Shown in pieces: positions 28,405 to 37,508 of a stretch of DNA of 64,000 nucleotides. The notes under the pieces are model-generated. The model was not told the DNA's origin. It searched no databases and saw only the letters and a list, made by a program, of their open reading frames with translations. The stretch is taken from NCBI GenBank assembly GCA_964600575.1, contig CAZRJH010000004.1:6711-70710 (forward strand), read 5' to 3'. Both the position numbers and the translations under genes were made by a program. Origin of the DNA: an uncultured Gammaproteobacteria bacterium. Its GTDB lineage: Bacteria > Patescibacteriota > Microgenomatia > UBA8517. Every line of letters begins with the position of its first letter. Within the stretch, counting starts at the first letter, position 1.

Positions 28405-31400
28405 TTAGGCGTTAGTGTCTTGGGTCATGGATACAGTTACGCTAAACCCGGACGATGTAACAGTGCCTGTTGTGGATGAAGGGATATATTTGGTGGCCCC
28501 TGCGGATGATTTTCTGACACGTATATAAATAGGTGTGTCGGCGGTGTAGTTGAATGATTCCACAGCAATTCCGTTTGTTGCCGTTCCCGTTCCAGAACCG
28601 ACACCTGTTGCAGTGAACACCACCCCTATGGTGTTAGATGATGCTCCAATGAGTGTAAAGTCTGTAGTTCCGACAGTAACTATTCTGTAGTTTACCCCTG
28701 CGACAAAACTTCCCGCGGTTACTGTTTCCGTATCTTCGTTCATTAGCTGCGTGTCATCACTGGTTTTATATATAGCAACTTGTGCTAGCTCGATAGGGCC
28801 GTTGTCTGCTTTGTCTAGTACGGTAACGGTGAGGTTTACTGCATTGTTAACAGTTGTCGATGAGCCGTCGGAATTTCTTATACTTGGCGTAGAGCCATTT
28901 ACGACATTTATAGTTACTGAGCCGCCTGAATTGTTATAAATTGCAGCTGCGGCGGAATAAATGTACTGCGTACCCGAACCGGCAACCGTAATGTCGGCCC
29001 TTCCCGTTGCCCCGCCTGCAATTGCGTGGTCTGAGGTGTCGTAAAGTGTAATAGTTGTAGAAGATTCACTTCTTACATAATAAAGATTGCCGTCGGTTAA
29101 CCCTGTTGGTGCTGTTCCACCTTGGTCCTGGAAGTAAGCGGGTTCACCATTGCTGTAACCGTGAGATGCATCTAGTGTTATTACATCCGTAGTTGTATTT
29201 ACCCCTGAGGCAGCATTAAAACTTCTAGCTGCAGGGCCGTAATTTGTAAAAGTGTTTCCGGTTATTGTCACGGTACCTGTAGATGTCAGTCTTAAAGCAT
29301 GGCCGGAGGTGTGTGATCCTGTAAAGGTATTATTAGAAAACATATCAAGGTCGGCCGTGGCTACCGAGGCCCATCTGTTGCCGGCGGTAACTGTAGTTGT
29401 TGTGATGCTACTTTCGGAGATGACAGTGCTCGAAGTTGTAGTTACCGAGTCGTTGGTTGCAGGCATATTTTTAATTGTTCCGCCGGTAAAAGTCAGGCCG
29501 CTTATATCAAGTGTTGAGTAGTCATTGATTGTGAGATCCGTTATTGTGATCGCCTTATTCAAAGTAACGGTTCCGGCACCAATTACCTGCAGTCCGGAAA
29601 AGTCATATGTGGCAGTGGTGGAGGCACTTGTATGAAGCCCCCATTTGTATCTGGAAGGGGAGGAAACTACGGAGTTTTTGTGGATTATTGTATCGCTAGA
29701 ACCCGGGTAATAGGTGATACCTATTACATTGTCGGTTGAATTGTAATTAATCTTTTTAGTGCTTTCGTTGTATTGGCTGGGTAGCTCTATGGCTGTTGAG
29801 TCCAAATTCAGATAAACAGGGTTCGTGCCGCCGTCACCAATTTGTAAATCTTGCAACAGAAGCATCTGTTTGGCTCCTTGCAAAATTGCGCTCATTCTTT
29901 CTTTTCCGTTGGCAATTACTTTAATAATACCCTCGATGCCCATGGGTTCTGCGGAATTTCCCCCTGAAATTACTGTTGAATCCATTACCCATAACGAACC
30001 CACACCCATTTGCACCGTATTTGTTCCTGTAATTCCTCCCACCCAAAATCCAAAAGCGGTGATAGCGGAAGTGGTCAAAGATCCCGCACTATCAACCGTA
30101 TTCCCTGCGCCCGAGTTGATAATAATAGGCACATGAGCGCCAGATCCCCACGGTGCATCAACCGCGTGAACCCTCCATATTTTATGGTCACTGGTTCCTG
30201 TTGTATTGGATCTCATTCCAAACCAAAATCCGCGACCCGACGCAATATTGGTAAAACGCTGCAAGTTGGCGGGGGTGGAGGCACGTACGTGGCAAAGTAT
30301 ATTTTTTGTACCCACATTTGGCCTGTTGGCAACCGCAAGAACAAGCTCAGCACCGCTGATTTGGTTTGTTGTCGTTGCATTGGTCATACCTCCCATGGAG
30401 TGGAAGGTATTAATTCCCACGTCTGCAATTGCGGCGGCTGTCGCATCATTGGCAGTGGTTCCCGAGAAAGGCCCTGTGCCAAAGTTTGTATCCGCTGTTG
30501 CCGCAAGCGCGGTGTTTGTATTAAAAGCAGTGACTCCATGGATCGGATCCACATACGAACAGTTGTCGGTGGTTATATATGCAGGTATTACCGTTGCGCC
30601 CGTGAGCGGTGGTTGAACGGCAATTGTGGACTGGCCGCCGTTACCTGATGCATAAGAATCACAAACAACATTGTTTGCGGTTGTGCCTGCAGTTTTCAGG
30701 AAACCCCATCCTGCACCCATGGATTCTGCTGATCCGTCTGCTCCAAATATGTAATTAACAGGTCCTTCCAAAAAAGTTGGTGCTGCGGCTGATGCAGAAG
30801 AAAGACGATAGAGAATAAGTGAGTTGTCCCTGTCGGTGGTTGTTGTTCCCATTGTAAACCTGGCAGCACCTGTTGCAGCAGCTTCGTTGTAGTTGAATCT
30901 GTATACATAAAAACATGAATCGGTTCCTGAAACTGCGGACCAAGAACCGTTATATGTAGACAAATTTCCCGCATGCCCTGGGGAGGATGTATCCACACCG
31001 ACATTTACAAAATTGCTGCCGTCTCCACCTGAATATTCAAGTGTTACAACATAATCAACCGCCGCCATAGTGAACCACCAACTGGGGAAATAAAAATCAG
31101 TTAGAGCAAGTGAGCCCGTTAGGGTTGAAGCGTCTACGGGGTTGGAAACTGCCAAAGCGGATCCTGTTGGGGTAGATGATGTTCCAAGTGTTCCTGTTTC
31201 CAGGTAAAGTTTTGCCACAATATTGCCAGTTGGGGATCCGGTTTTACTTAAATAAAAAGTAGTTTTAGAAAGTACAGTTGCCGTTCCCGTAAAAGATTGT
31301 CCCACGCCTGTTATGGTTCCATTTCCAAGAGCCTGGGTAGCATTTTGATTTGATTCCGAATAGCTGGAAACGGAAACGGACGGAAAAGGCGAGGAGGTGT

Positions 31401-32118
31401 CTATGTCGCGAACGGATATTACGCTGCCGTTGTATGTTTCGTTTGTTGCGGTAACTACCGTGACATCATCTTCTAGACTTGTTGCAAGTTTGAAAAAGGT
31501 AATATTGGCAGTTGTGTTATTTCTTGTAAAAAGAGTCTTCCAATCACGGACCCAGGCTTGTGTACCAAGCGGGCGGGTTGTTAGAGACGTAAACGAAATA
31601 ACTCTGGAACGCACCCAATAGGCTGTTATTGAATTTATTGATGTGGTAGCCCAGTCTGTTGGTACCGTAAAGGTTACATCCCTGTTTCCTGTGCCTGCCG
31701 TAAAGTTTGTTGTTCCGTCTGAAAGTCCTGGCAAAGTTGCCCAGGTACTACCGTTATAGTATTCCCATTCTATATCCCAAGTTGCAGAGCCGTTTGTTCC
31801 GATATTTATTCTCAATAATTCAAATTTATTGAGACATCCATAGTAATAGGCATCGTTTACTGCAGGTGCAGCGGGAACTAATTCCATGTCATTCGCAGTT
31901 GTAGAATTTGCGTCGGTTGTGTCGGTCGCCATTGCACCTCCGTCGTCTGATACTGCAGCATAAAGTGCAGACAGAAGTGTCCATGTGGGGGTTCCCGTAT
32001 CTGCCATGGCGTAGCCAACCAGCAAATCTCCCGAAGCATAACCACACATGGGGATTGTAACTCCCGCATCGGCAGTAGAAGATTCAAAGGCCCAAGCAAA
32101 ATCTCTTAAAGCTGGCAT
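28405..32118 (-). CDS. Very large Ser/Thr/Gly-rich modular fibre-like protein
   Basis: 1237 aa, no signal peptide; equals the 23802..26252 scaffold plus three inserted modules. Confidence 0.7.
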   Translation of the reverse strand: MPALRDFAWAFESSTADAGVTIPMCGYASGDLLVGYAMADTGTPTWTLLSALYAAVSDDGGAMATDTTDANSTTANDMELVPAAPAVNDAYYYGCLNKFELLRINIGTNGSATWDIEWEYYNGSTWATLPGLSDGTTNFTAGTGNRDVTFTVPTDWATTSINSITAYWVRSRVISFTSLTTRPLGTQAWVRDWKTLFTRNNTTANITFFKLATSLEDDVTVVTATNETYNGSVISVRDIDTSSPFPSVSVSSYSESNQNATQALGNGTITGVGQSFTGTATVLSKTTFYLSKTGSPTGNIVAKLYLETGTLGTSSTPTGSALAVSNPVDASTLTGSLALTDFYFPSWWFTMAAVDYVVTLEYSGGDGSNFVNVGVDTSSPGHAGNLSTYNGSWSAVSGTDSCFYVYRFNYNEAAATGAARFTMGTTTTDRDNSLILYRLSSASAAAPTFLEGPVNYIFGADGSAESMGAGWGFLKTAGTTANNVVCDSYASGNGGQSTIAVQPPLTGATVIPAYITTDNCSYVDPIHGVTAFNTNTALAATADTNFGTGPFSGTTANDATAAAIADVGINTFHSMGGMTNATTTNQISGAELVLAVANRPNVGTKNILCHVRASTPANLQRFTNIASGRGFWFGMRSNTTGTSDHKIWRVHAVDAPWGSGAHVPIIINSGAGNTVDSAGSLTTSAITAFGFWVGGITGTNTVQMGVGSLWVMDSTVISGGNSAEPMGIEGIIKVIANGKERMSAILQGAKQMLLLQDLQIGDGGTNPVYLNLDSTAIELPSQYNESTKKINYNSTDNVIGITYYPGSSDTIIHKNSVVSSPSRYKWGLHTSASTTATYDFSGLQVIGAGTVTLNKAITITDLTINDYSTLDISGLTFTGGTIKNMPATNDSVTTTSSTVISESSITTTTVTAGNRWASVATADLDMFSNNTFTGSHTSGHALRLTSTGTVTITGNTFTNYGPAARSFNAASGVNTTTDVITLDASHGYSNGEPAYFQDQGGTAPTGLTDGNLYYVRSESSTTITLYDTSDHAIAGGATGRADITVAGSGTQYIYSAAAAIYNNSGGSVTINVVNGSTPSIRNSDGSSTTVNNAVNLTVTVLDKADNGPIELAQVAIYKTSDDTQLMNEDTETVTAGSFVAGVNYRIVTVGTTDFTLIGASSNTIGVVFTATGVGSGTGTATNGIAVESFNYTADTPIYIRVRKSSAGATKYIPSSTTGTVTSSGFSVTVSMTQDTNA

Positions 32119-32192
32119 ACATCATCATATTAAAATGAAGAGACTAAATTGCCAAGTCCTTTCATGGTAGCACCCTGTGATATTATTGAGGC

Positions 32193-33323
32193 ATGAACAA
32201 TATTAATGGTAAACTTGTTCCCAACTATTTGCCGTTTGTTCCAAAAGAATCGATAGAATTGGTTACAAAAACTCTCAAAAGCGGATGGATAGGTGGGGAC
32301 GGACCGAGAGTTAAGGAATTCGAAACAAAAATCGGCAAGGTAATCAAAAATCCGAACGTTGCTGCGGTTAATAGTGCCACATCCGGGCTTGAACTTGCTC
32401 TCAAAATGGCGGGGGTAAGCGGTGGAGAAGTGATTTCTACCCCAATGACCTGTTTTGCCACCAATGCAGCAATTGTTAACCAGGGGGCGACTCCTGTGTG
32501 GGTAGATGTAGACCCGGAAAGCGGAAACATAGATTTTGCCAAAATCGAGGCTAAAATAACCAAAAAAACACGGGCAATTATGGTTGTAGACTGGGGAGGG
32601 ACCCCGCCGGAACTCGACGGAATTAATAAAATAGCTAGGAAACATAAATTACCCATAATAGAAGATTCTGCCCAATCTTTAGGCTCTTTTTATAAAAGAA
32701 AAATGATAGGAAATCATGCCGACTATGTAGTTTTTTCTACCCAGGCCATAAAAATAATTACCACGGGGGATGGTGGTATGGTAGCTCTCGGGTCAAAAGA
32801 GGGGCTTTCTAGGGCAAAACGCTTAAGATGGTATGGGATTGATCGGGAAAAACGCAAATACGGGCCTCTTTTTTGGAGCTATCCAATTACAGAAGTCGGC
32901 GGAAAACTGCAAATGAACGACATTTTAGCCTCGGTTGGATTAGGACAACTGCCTAAACTTAAAAGCTTGCTTGCTCACCACAGACGGATTGCAGTTATCT
33001 ACAACAAGGCCCTTTCTGCCCAAACCAAGCTCAAACCCCAAAAAATTCCTGCGGGTGCAACTCCAAACTACTGGATTTATACTGTTCTTTGTGGGAGTGT
33101 CAAAAACCGCAATAAACTCCAAAAAGAGCTTTTAAAAATAGGTGTAAAAAGTGAACAGGCCCATAGACGTAACGACTTGTATCCGGTTTTTAAAAAATAC
33201 CAAAACGGCGCTCTGCCCGGTGTTGCTAAATTCGACAAGGAACATTTGATTATTCCGATCGGATATTGGGTTAACTTGGAAACCGCTAAAAAAATTGCTA
33301 AAGTCCTATCGGAATTTAAATGA
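32193..33323 (+). CDS. DegT/DnrJ/EryC1/StrS sugar aminotransferase
   Basis: VNSATSGL, IEDSAQSLG, FSTQAIKIITTGDGG (PLP lysine). Confidence 0.93.
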   Translation: MNNINGKLVPNYLPFVPKESIELVTKTLKSGWIGGDGPRVKEFETKIGKVIKNPNVAAVNSATSGLELALKMAGVSGGEVISTPMTCFATNAAIVNQGATPVWVDVDPESGNIDFAKIEAKITKKTRAIMVVDWGGTPPELDGINKIARKHKLPIIEDSAQSLGSFYKRKMIGNHADYVVFSTQAIKIITTGDGGMVALGSKEGLSRAKRLRWYGIDREKRKYGPLFWSYPITEVGGKLQMNDILASVGLGQLPKLKSLLAHHRRIAVIYNKALSAQTKLKPQKIPAGATPNYWIYTVLCGSVKNRNKLQKELLKIGVKSEQAHRRNDLYPVFKKYQNGALPGVAKFDKEHLIIPIGYWVNLETAKKIAKVLSEFK

Positions 33324-33835
33324 AAAATATTTTTGAAAAGTTGGAAATAAAAACGGAAAAAATATTGCTCCGGCCAATGACAAAAAATGATTTAGAATTT
33401 TTTACGAATCTCAGAAACAAGTCCCTCAAATTTTTGCATACGGGTAAAAGATACACTTTGGAAGAAGCCAAAATCTGGTTTCGGAAAAACAGACCTGCAT
33501 TTTTCATTATCCAAAAAGAAGGCAAATCTGTCGGGTATATTAGAACATCCGACTGGGATCATCATAATAAAAATGTTTATGTGGGGGCAGATATTTTGCC
33601 GAACGAACAAGGAAAAGGCATAGGTTATTTCGCCCTTAAACTTTTTATAGATTATCTTTTTAAAAAAGAAAAAATGAATAAAGTTAGCTTGGAAGTTTTA
33701 GATTTTAATAAACCAGCACAAGCGCTCTATAAAAAACTCGGTTTTAAGATAGAAGGAACTAGAAAAGACCATGTTAAAAAAGGCAAAAATTATGTGGACT
33801 CAATTATTATGGCTTTGCGAAATAGTGACCGGTGA
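33320..33835 (+). CDS. RimJ/RimL-type GNAT N-acetyltransferase (PseH-like)
   Basis: QGKGIG, LEVLDFNKPAQALYKKLGFKIEG; coupled to DegT gene. Confidence 0.88.
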   Translation: MKNIFEKLEIKTEKILLRPMTKNDLEFFTNLRNKSLKFLHTGKRYTLEEAKIWFRKNRPAFFIIQKEGKSVGYIRTSDWDHHNKNVYVGADILPNEQGKGIGYFALKLFIDYLFKKEKMNKVSLEVLDFNKPAQALYKKLGFKIEGTRKDHVKKGKNYVDSIIMALRNSDR

Positions 33836-35581
33836 ATTGCCCTTAAGATAATTTTTCCAAACTTCTTTATATGCGCTTTCTATTTCTTGAGTCTTGGATT
33901 TTGTATCAAAAATATTTTGTATAAGTCTTTTGGCTGAGATTTTGTTTTTTATGTTTTCGTAAAATGTTTTATTTGTTGCAAGGTTAACGGCGATTTGTTT
34001 GTATTGCTTTTTATTTTTTGCTATTAAATCTTTAGCATTTGCCGCATCCAAAACACTTGCAGAAAATCTTGATGCGGGATGTTTACCGAGCATTGTTACA
34101 ACCGGGACTTCGTTTTGCAGCGTTAAATATGTAGTTGTACCCCCGCCATATATAAAAGTGTCCAAAGCGGCATCCGCCAATTTCATTCTGGAAACAAACA
34201 TTTCGGTAGGCGTTTGCTCGGCAAAAATAATTCTGTCTTCCTTAACTCCTTTTTCTTTTGCGTATTTCAAAAGGTTATTTTTGGCATCTTCGTTTTGGCT
34301 TAACATCCAAAGGACACTTCTTGGGGAGGATTTTAGAATATCAATCCATATATCAAAGCTGGTTTTTTCTATTTTGTAAGTTTGATTAAAACAACCAAAA
34401 ACAAAGGCGTCTTTAGGTAGGCCAAAGTCTTTCCTTGTAAAATCAAAATCTTTGGCTTCTACTATTTTAAAAGGGCAAAAACAGGGGGACAAATATATTA
34501 GTTTTTCCGCATAATGTTTTTGGCTTTTTTTGGGAACTACAATGTCGTCAACAAACATATAGTCAAAAAAATCCGATCCGGTTGATGCCGACAAACCGGC
34601 CCAAGTTACCTGGATTGGACAAGGTTTGTACGCAAAGATTTCCGATCTGGTGCCTTCCGTGTATCCCGTTAAATCAACCAAAATATCAACATCGTCTGCG
34701 TTAATTTTTTGGGCCGCTTCCAAATTGTTTAAACCGTTTAGGTCGGTAAAATGATCGACACTTTTTTCTATGTTTTTTCTAACCTTACTGTTGTCGTTCT
34801 TTCCGTATGAATAGGCAAAAATTTCGAAATCTTTTTTGTTGTGATACTCAAATATAGATGCCATTGTGTAGGAAACTGCGTGATTGCCAAAGTTTCCCGA
34901 AACATAACCTATCTTAATTTTATTAGGTTTTTTGTCCCTGTCGTTTTTAAAAGTAAAACCGGACTTTGTGGCATTCTTTTTGTATTGCATACTTCTTAGG
35001 GCCCCTGCTATCAAGTTTTGTTCTTCGTCTTCTGTTCTTACAACCGAAGCCCAAGGGGTTTCTTTGTGGGTTTTTTGCAGATAGTCATCAACTTTGTCCA
35101 GATCCTCCCAATCACATATTTTTCTTTTGGAGATATAAAAGTTAGAGGCGGACATCTCGTATCCGGGAGAAATATTAAATATTTCTCCGTAGAATTCGGC
35201 AGCCGCTTTGGTGTCGCCGTTTAGGTTGGCCACATGCCCCAGTCCATACAATGCTGGAGGGAATTCGGGAATAAGTTCCAAAGATTTTTTAAAACAACTT
35301 TGTGCACTTTTACCCTGCCCGCTTCCTAAATAGGTATAACCCAAATCTGCCAGAGTTTCGGCATCGGCCTTGATAGAAAGCGAGTCTTGGTAATGTTTTA
35401 TGGCATCCTCTGTTTTTCCAAGAATCCTCTCCGTATTGGCGAGGTTTTTTAAAACATATGGATTTTTGGGGAAAAGGCTATCGGCTTTTTGATATATCTT
35501 AAAAGCTTTTTTAAAGTTGCTCACCTGAACAAAACCGATGGCTTTTTTATTTAAACTAAGAAGGTCGGAAAGTTTCTTCAT
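33800..35581 (-). CDS. TPR + GT41 O-GlcNAc-transferase/SPINDLY-like glycosyltransferase
   Basis: N-terminal TPRs; KIGYVSGNFGNHAV, DILVDLTGYT, FGCFNQTYKI, LDTFIYGGGTT. Confidence 0.9.
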   Translation of the reverse strand: MKKLSDLLSLNKKAIGFVQVSNFKKAFKIYQKADSLFPKNPYVLKNLANTERILGKTEDAIKHYQDSLSIKADAETLADLGYTYLGSGQGKSAQSCFKKSLELIPEFPPALYGLGHVANLNGDTKAAAEFYGEIFNISPGYEMSASNFYISKRKICDWEDLDKVDDYLQKTHKETPWASVVRTEDEEQNLIAGALRSMQYKKNATKSGFTFKNDRDKKPNKIKIGYVSGNFGNHAVSYTMASIFEYHNKKDFEIFAYSYGKNDNSKVRKNIEKSVDHFTDLNGLNNLEAAQKINADDVDILVDLTGYTEGTRSEIFAYKPCPIQVTWAGLSASTGSDFFDYMFVDDIVVPKKSQKHYAEKLIYLSPCFCPFKIVEAKDFDFTRKDFGLPKDAFVFGCFNQTYKIEKTSFDIWIDILKSSPRSVLWMLSQNEDAKNNLLKYAKEKGVKEDRIIFAEQTPTEMFVSRMKLADAALDTFIYGGGTTTYLTLQNEVPVVTMLGKHPASRFSASVLDAANAKDLIAKNKKQYKQIAVNLATNKTFYENIKNKISAKRLIQNIFDTKSKTQEIESAYKEVWKNYLKGNSPVTISQSHNN

Positions 35582-35615
35582 ATGATTTTTCTGAGTATAT
35601 TATACTTAAATAAGC

Positions 35616-37478
35616 ATGACCCGCCCAAAGCTATTTTCACTTTTTGTTGTATTAGGTGCCTTGTTCTTTTTTAATACAAAAGCCGCTTTTGCAATGGCTT
35701 GTGACATTGTTCCCGCAACTGCAACTTTAACTGTAGGACAGAGTGGCACTGCAACTGTCAGCATATCCAATGTAGGTGACGAAATAATTACCTATGCCCG
35801 GTTTATTAATCCGGATTCGGCTTATATGACTTTTACATCCGGCTCTTCAACTGGATTTTCTGCGAGTACGGATGGGCAAACAATCACTTTTTCTGGCGGT
35901 AGCGTCTTGCCTTCGGCAGGAGCAAGTTTTGCCGTTACCGTAACACCTCTGGCTGCCACAAGCGAAGAGTTGCAAATAGACGGATTTGTGTCGGCCGACG
36001 GTGGGGATTATACACAGTGTTATTCCAGTAGCGGTATAACCATTGTAGAACCTAGTGCAACAACTGCTCCTGCGGCAACGCCTACAACAATTACTGTTAC
36101 CAATACCGTTACAACGGTTACTACAACCACAAATACGGTTACGAAAGTTCTTAAAGACGAAACTCCTCCCTCTGTAAAAATACAAACCGAAATCAAAAAA
36201 ATATACGAGGAAGCCCCTTTGATTAAAGCGGTTGCTACAGACGGTAGCGGGATTTCCAAAATTGAATATTCAAACGATGCTGGCGCCAACTGGATACCCG
36301 TGGATATAGAAGACAATATAGGAAACAAAACAGTTACTTTTGGTTTTACTTCTGATATTACTGAAGACGGTGATTATAACCTAAAAATAAGAGCGACAGA
36401 TACTTCCGGAAACAAAACACTCTCTAAAGAGATAAAATTTACAATCGACAGACTCCCGCCTCGTACCGGTCCAATTTTAATAATGACCGGCCCGACAATT
36501 ATTTATCCCGATTCAAGCGGAATAACCAGACTGTTGGCGGGTGTGGATTATAAATTTATAGTGTCGGCCGCGGGCGGGCCCAACAAAATATCCATATTTT
36601 GTAACGATAAGTCGGTTGATTTTACTAAAAATTCTGACTCCGGATTTTGGTATTCTATGGGTAAATTCGATGAGGGTTTGGAATGCACAGCAAAACTAAA
36701 AGCCGAAGACGGAGCGGGCAATGTTCAAGAAGTAGAAAAAGGAAACATAAAAGTGAGCCCTTTGGGTAAATTTGAAAACGGAACAATCACGGTATATTGG
36801 TACGACGATTTTTTGAACAAGTTTATTAAATGGGACGGGGAAGCGTTTGGCCAGGAAAACCCGATAAAAACCGGGAAAAGTGGCGGTTACGGATTTGTCT
36901 TGCCTGCAGGTGGTAAGTACTATTTGGAGGCAAAATCTTTTGGCAAAAAGACGGGTATTTCGAATATTATAACCACAACCGAGACCGTATATATAAACGA
37001 TAATTGGACACTTTCACCCTTTTACACTTTTTGGCAAAAAAATGAGATAAAAAACTTGTCTCCTAAAGCAATCGGTGGCGGTGCTTGGCGACAAACGAAT
37101 ACAGATTTGCCTAATGTGGTTTTATCCGGATTTTCTACCTTGGAAGCTAGGGGAAAATTCACCGTCTTTGGCCTAGTAAGTTCCTGGCATCCACTTGCAA
37201 ACGACTACCTAAAAGTTGCGGATGAGCTTTCAAAAAACAAGGTTACTTTTATTCCCGTTTTGATCCAAGAAAAAGACGCGGCGGCAGGTTTTTTAAAAAG
37301 ACGCGGCGGATATAACCTTGATATTCTAGCCGATCCCGACGGAGAGCTTTTGAAAGATATTTCGGTTAACGGTTTGCCTACAACTTGGATAGTCAATAGA
37401 TTTGGAAAAATAATCCAAGAAAAAACAGGTAGCATTGACGCTCAGGAAATATTAAAAATGTTAACTTCCACGGAATAG
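35616..37478 (+). CDS. Secreted Ig-like multidomain protein with C-terminal Cys-less TlpA/thioredoxin-like domain
   Basis: Signal peptide AFA|M, Thr-rich linker, DETPP/IDRLPP Ig repeats; RGKFTVFGLVSSWHPLA..ILADPDG..GLPTTWIVNRFGKI. Confidence 0.7.
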   Translation: MTRPKLFSLFVVLGALFFFNTKAAFAMACDIVPATATLTVGQSGTATVSISNVGDEIITYARFINPDSAYMTFTSGSSTGFSASTDGQTITFSGGSVLPSAGASFAVTVTPLAATSEELQIDGFVSADGGDYTQCYSSSGITIVEPSATTAPAATPTTITVTNTVTTVTTTTNTVTKVLKDETPPSVKIQTEIKKIYEEAPLIKAVATDGSGISKIEYSNDAGANWIPVDIEDNIGNKTVTFGFTSDITEDGDYNLKIRATDTSGNKTLSKEIKFTIDRLPPRTGPILIMTGPTIIYPDSSGITRLLAGVDYKFIVSAAGGPNKISIFCNDKSVDFTKNSDSGFWYSMGKFDEGLECTAKLKAEDGAGNVQEVEKGNIKVSPLGKFENGTITVYWYDDFLNKFIKWDGEAFGQENPIKTGKSGGYGFVLPAGGKYYLEAKSFGKKTGISNIITTTETVYINDNWTLSPFYTFWQKNEIKNLSPKAIGGGAWRQTNTDLPNVVLSGFSTLEARGKFTVFGLVSSWHPLANDYLKVADELSKNKVTFIPVLIQEKDAAAGFLKRRGGYNLDILADPDGELLKDISVNGLPTTWIVNRFGKIIQEKTGSIDAQEILKMLTSTE

Positions 37479-37508
37479 AACAAAAGTTGTATTATTTAGT
37501 TACCTGCC

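Noticed and set aside
17477-32118. Intact prophage or contractile injection system
   Set aside because: No recognisable integrase, terminase, portal, capsid, sheath, tube or lysis genes; genes are interleaved with cellular signalling genes
30010-32656. Long shadow ORFs (30010..30648, 32130..32645, 32225..32656) and similar short track ORFs
   Set aside because: Antisense or out-of-frame to well-supported genes, with no motifs
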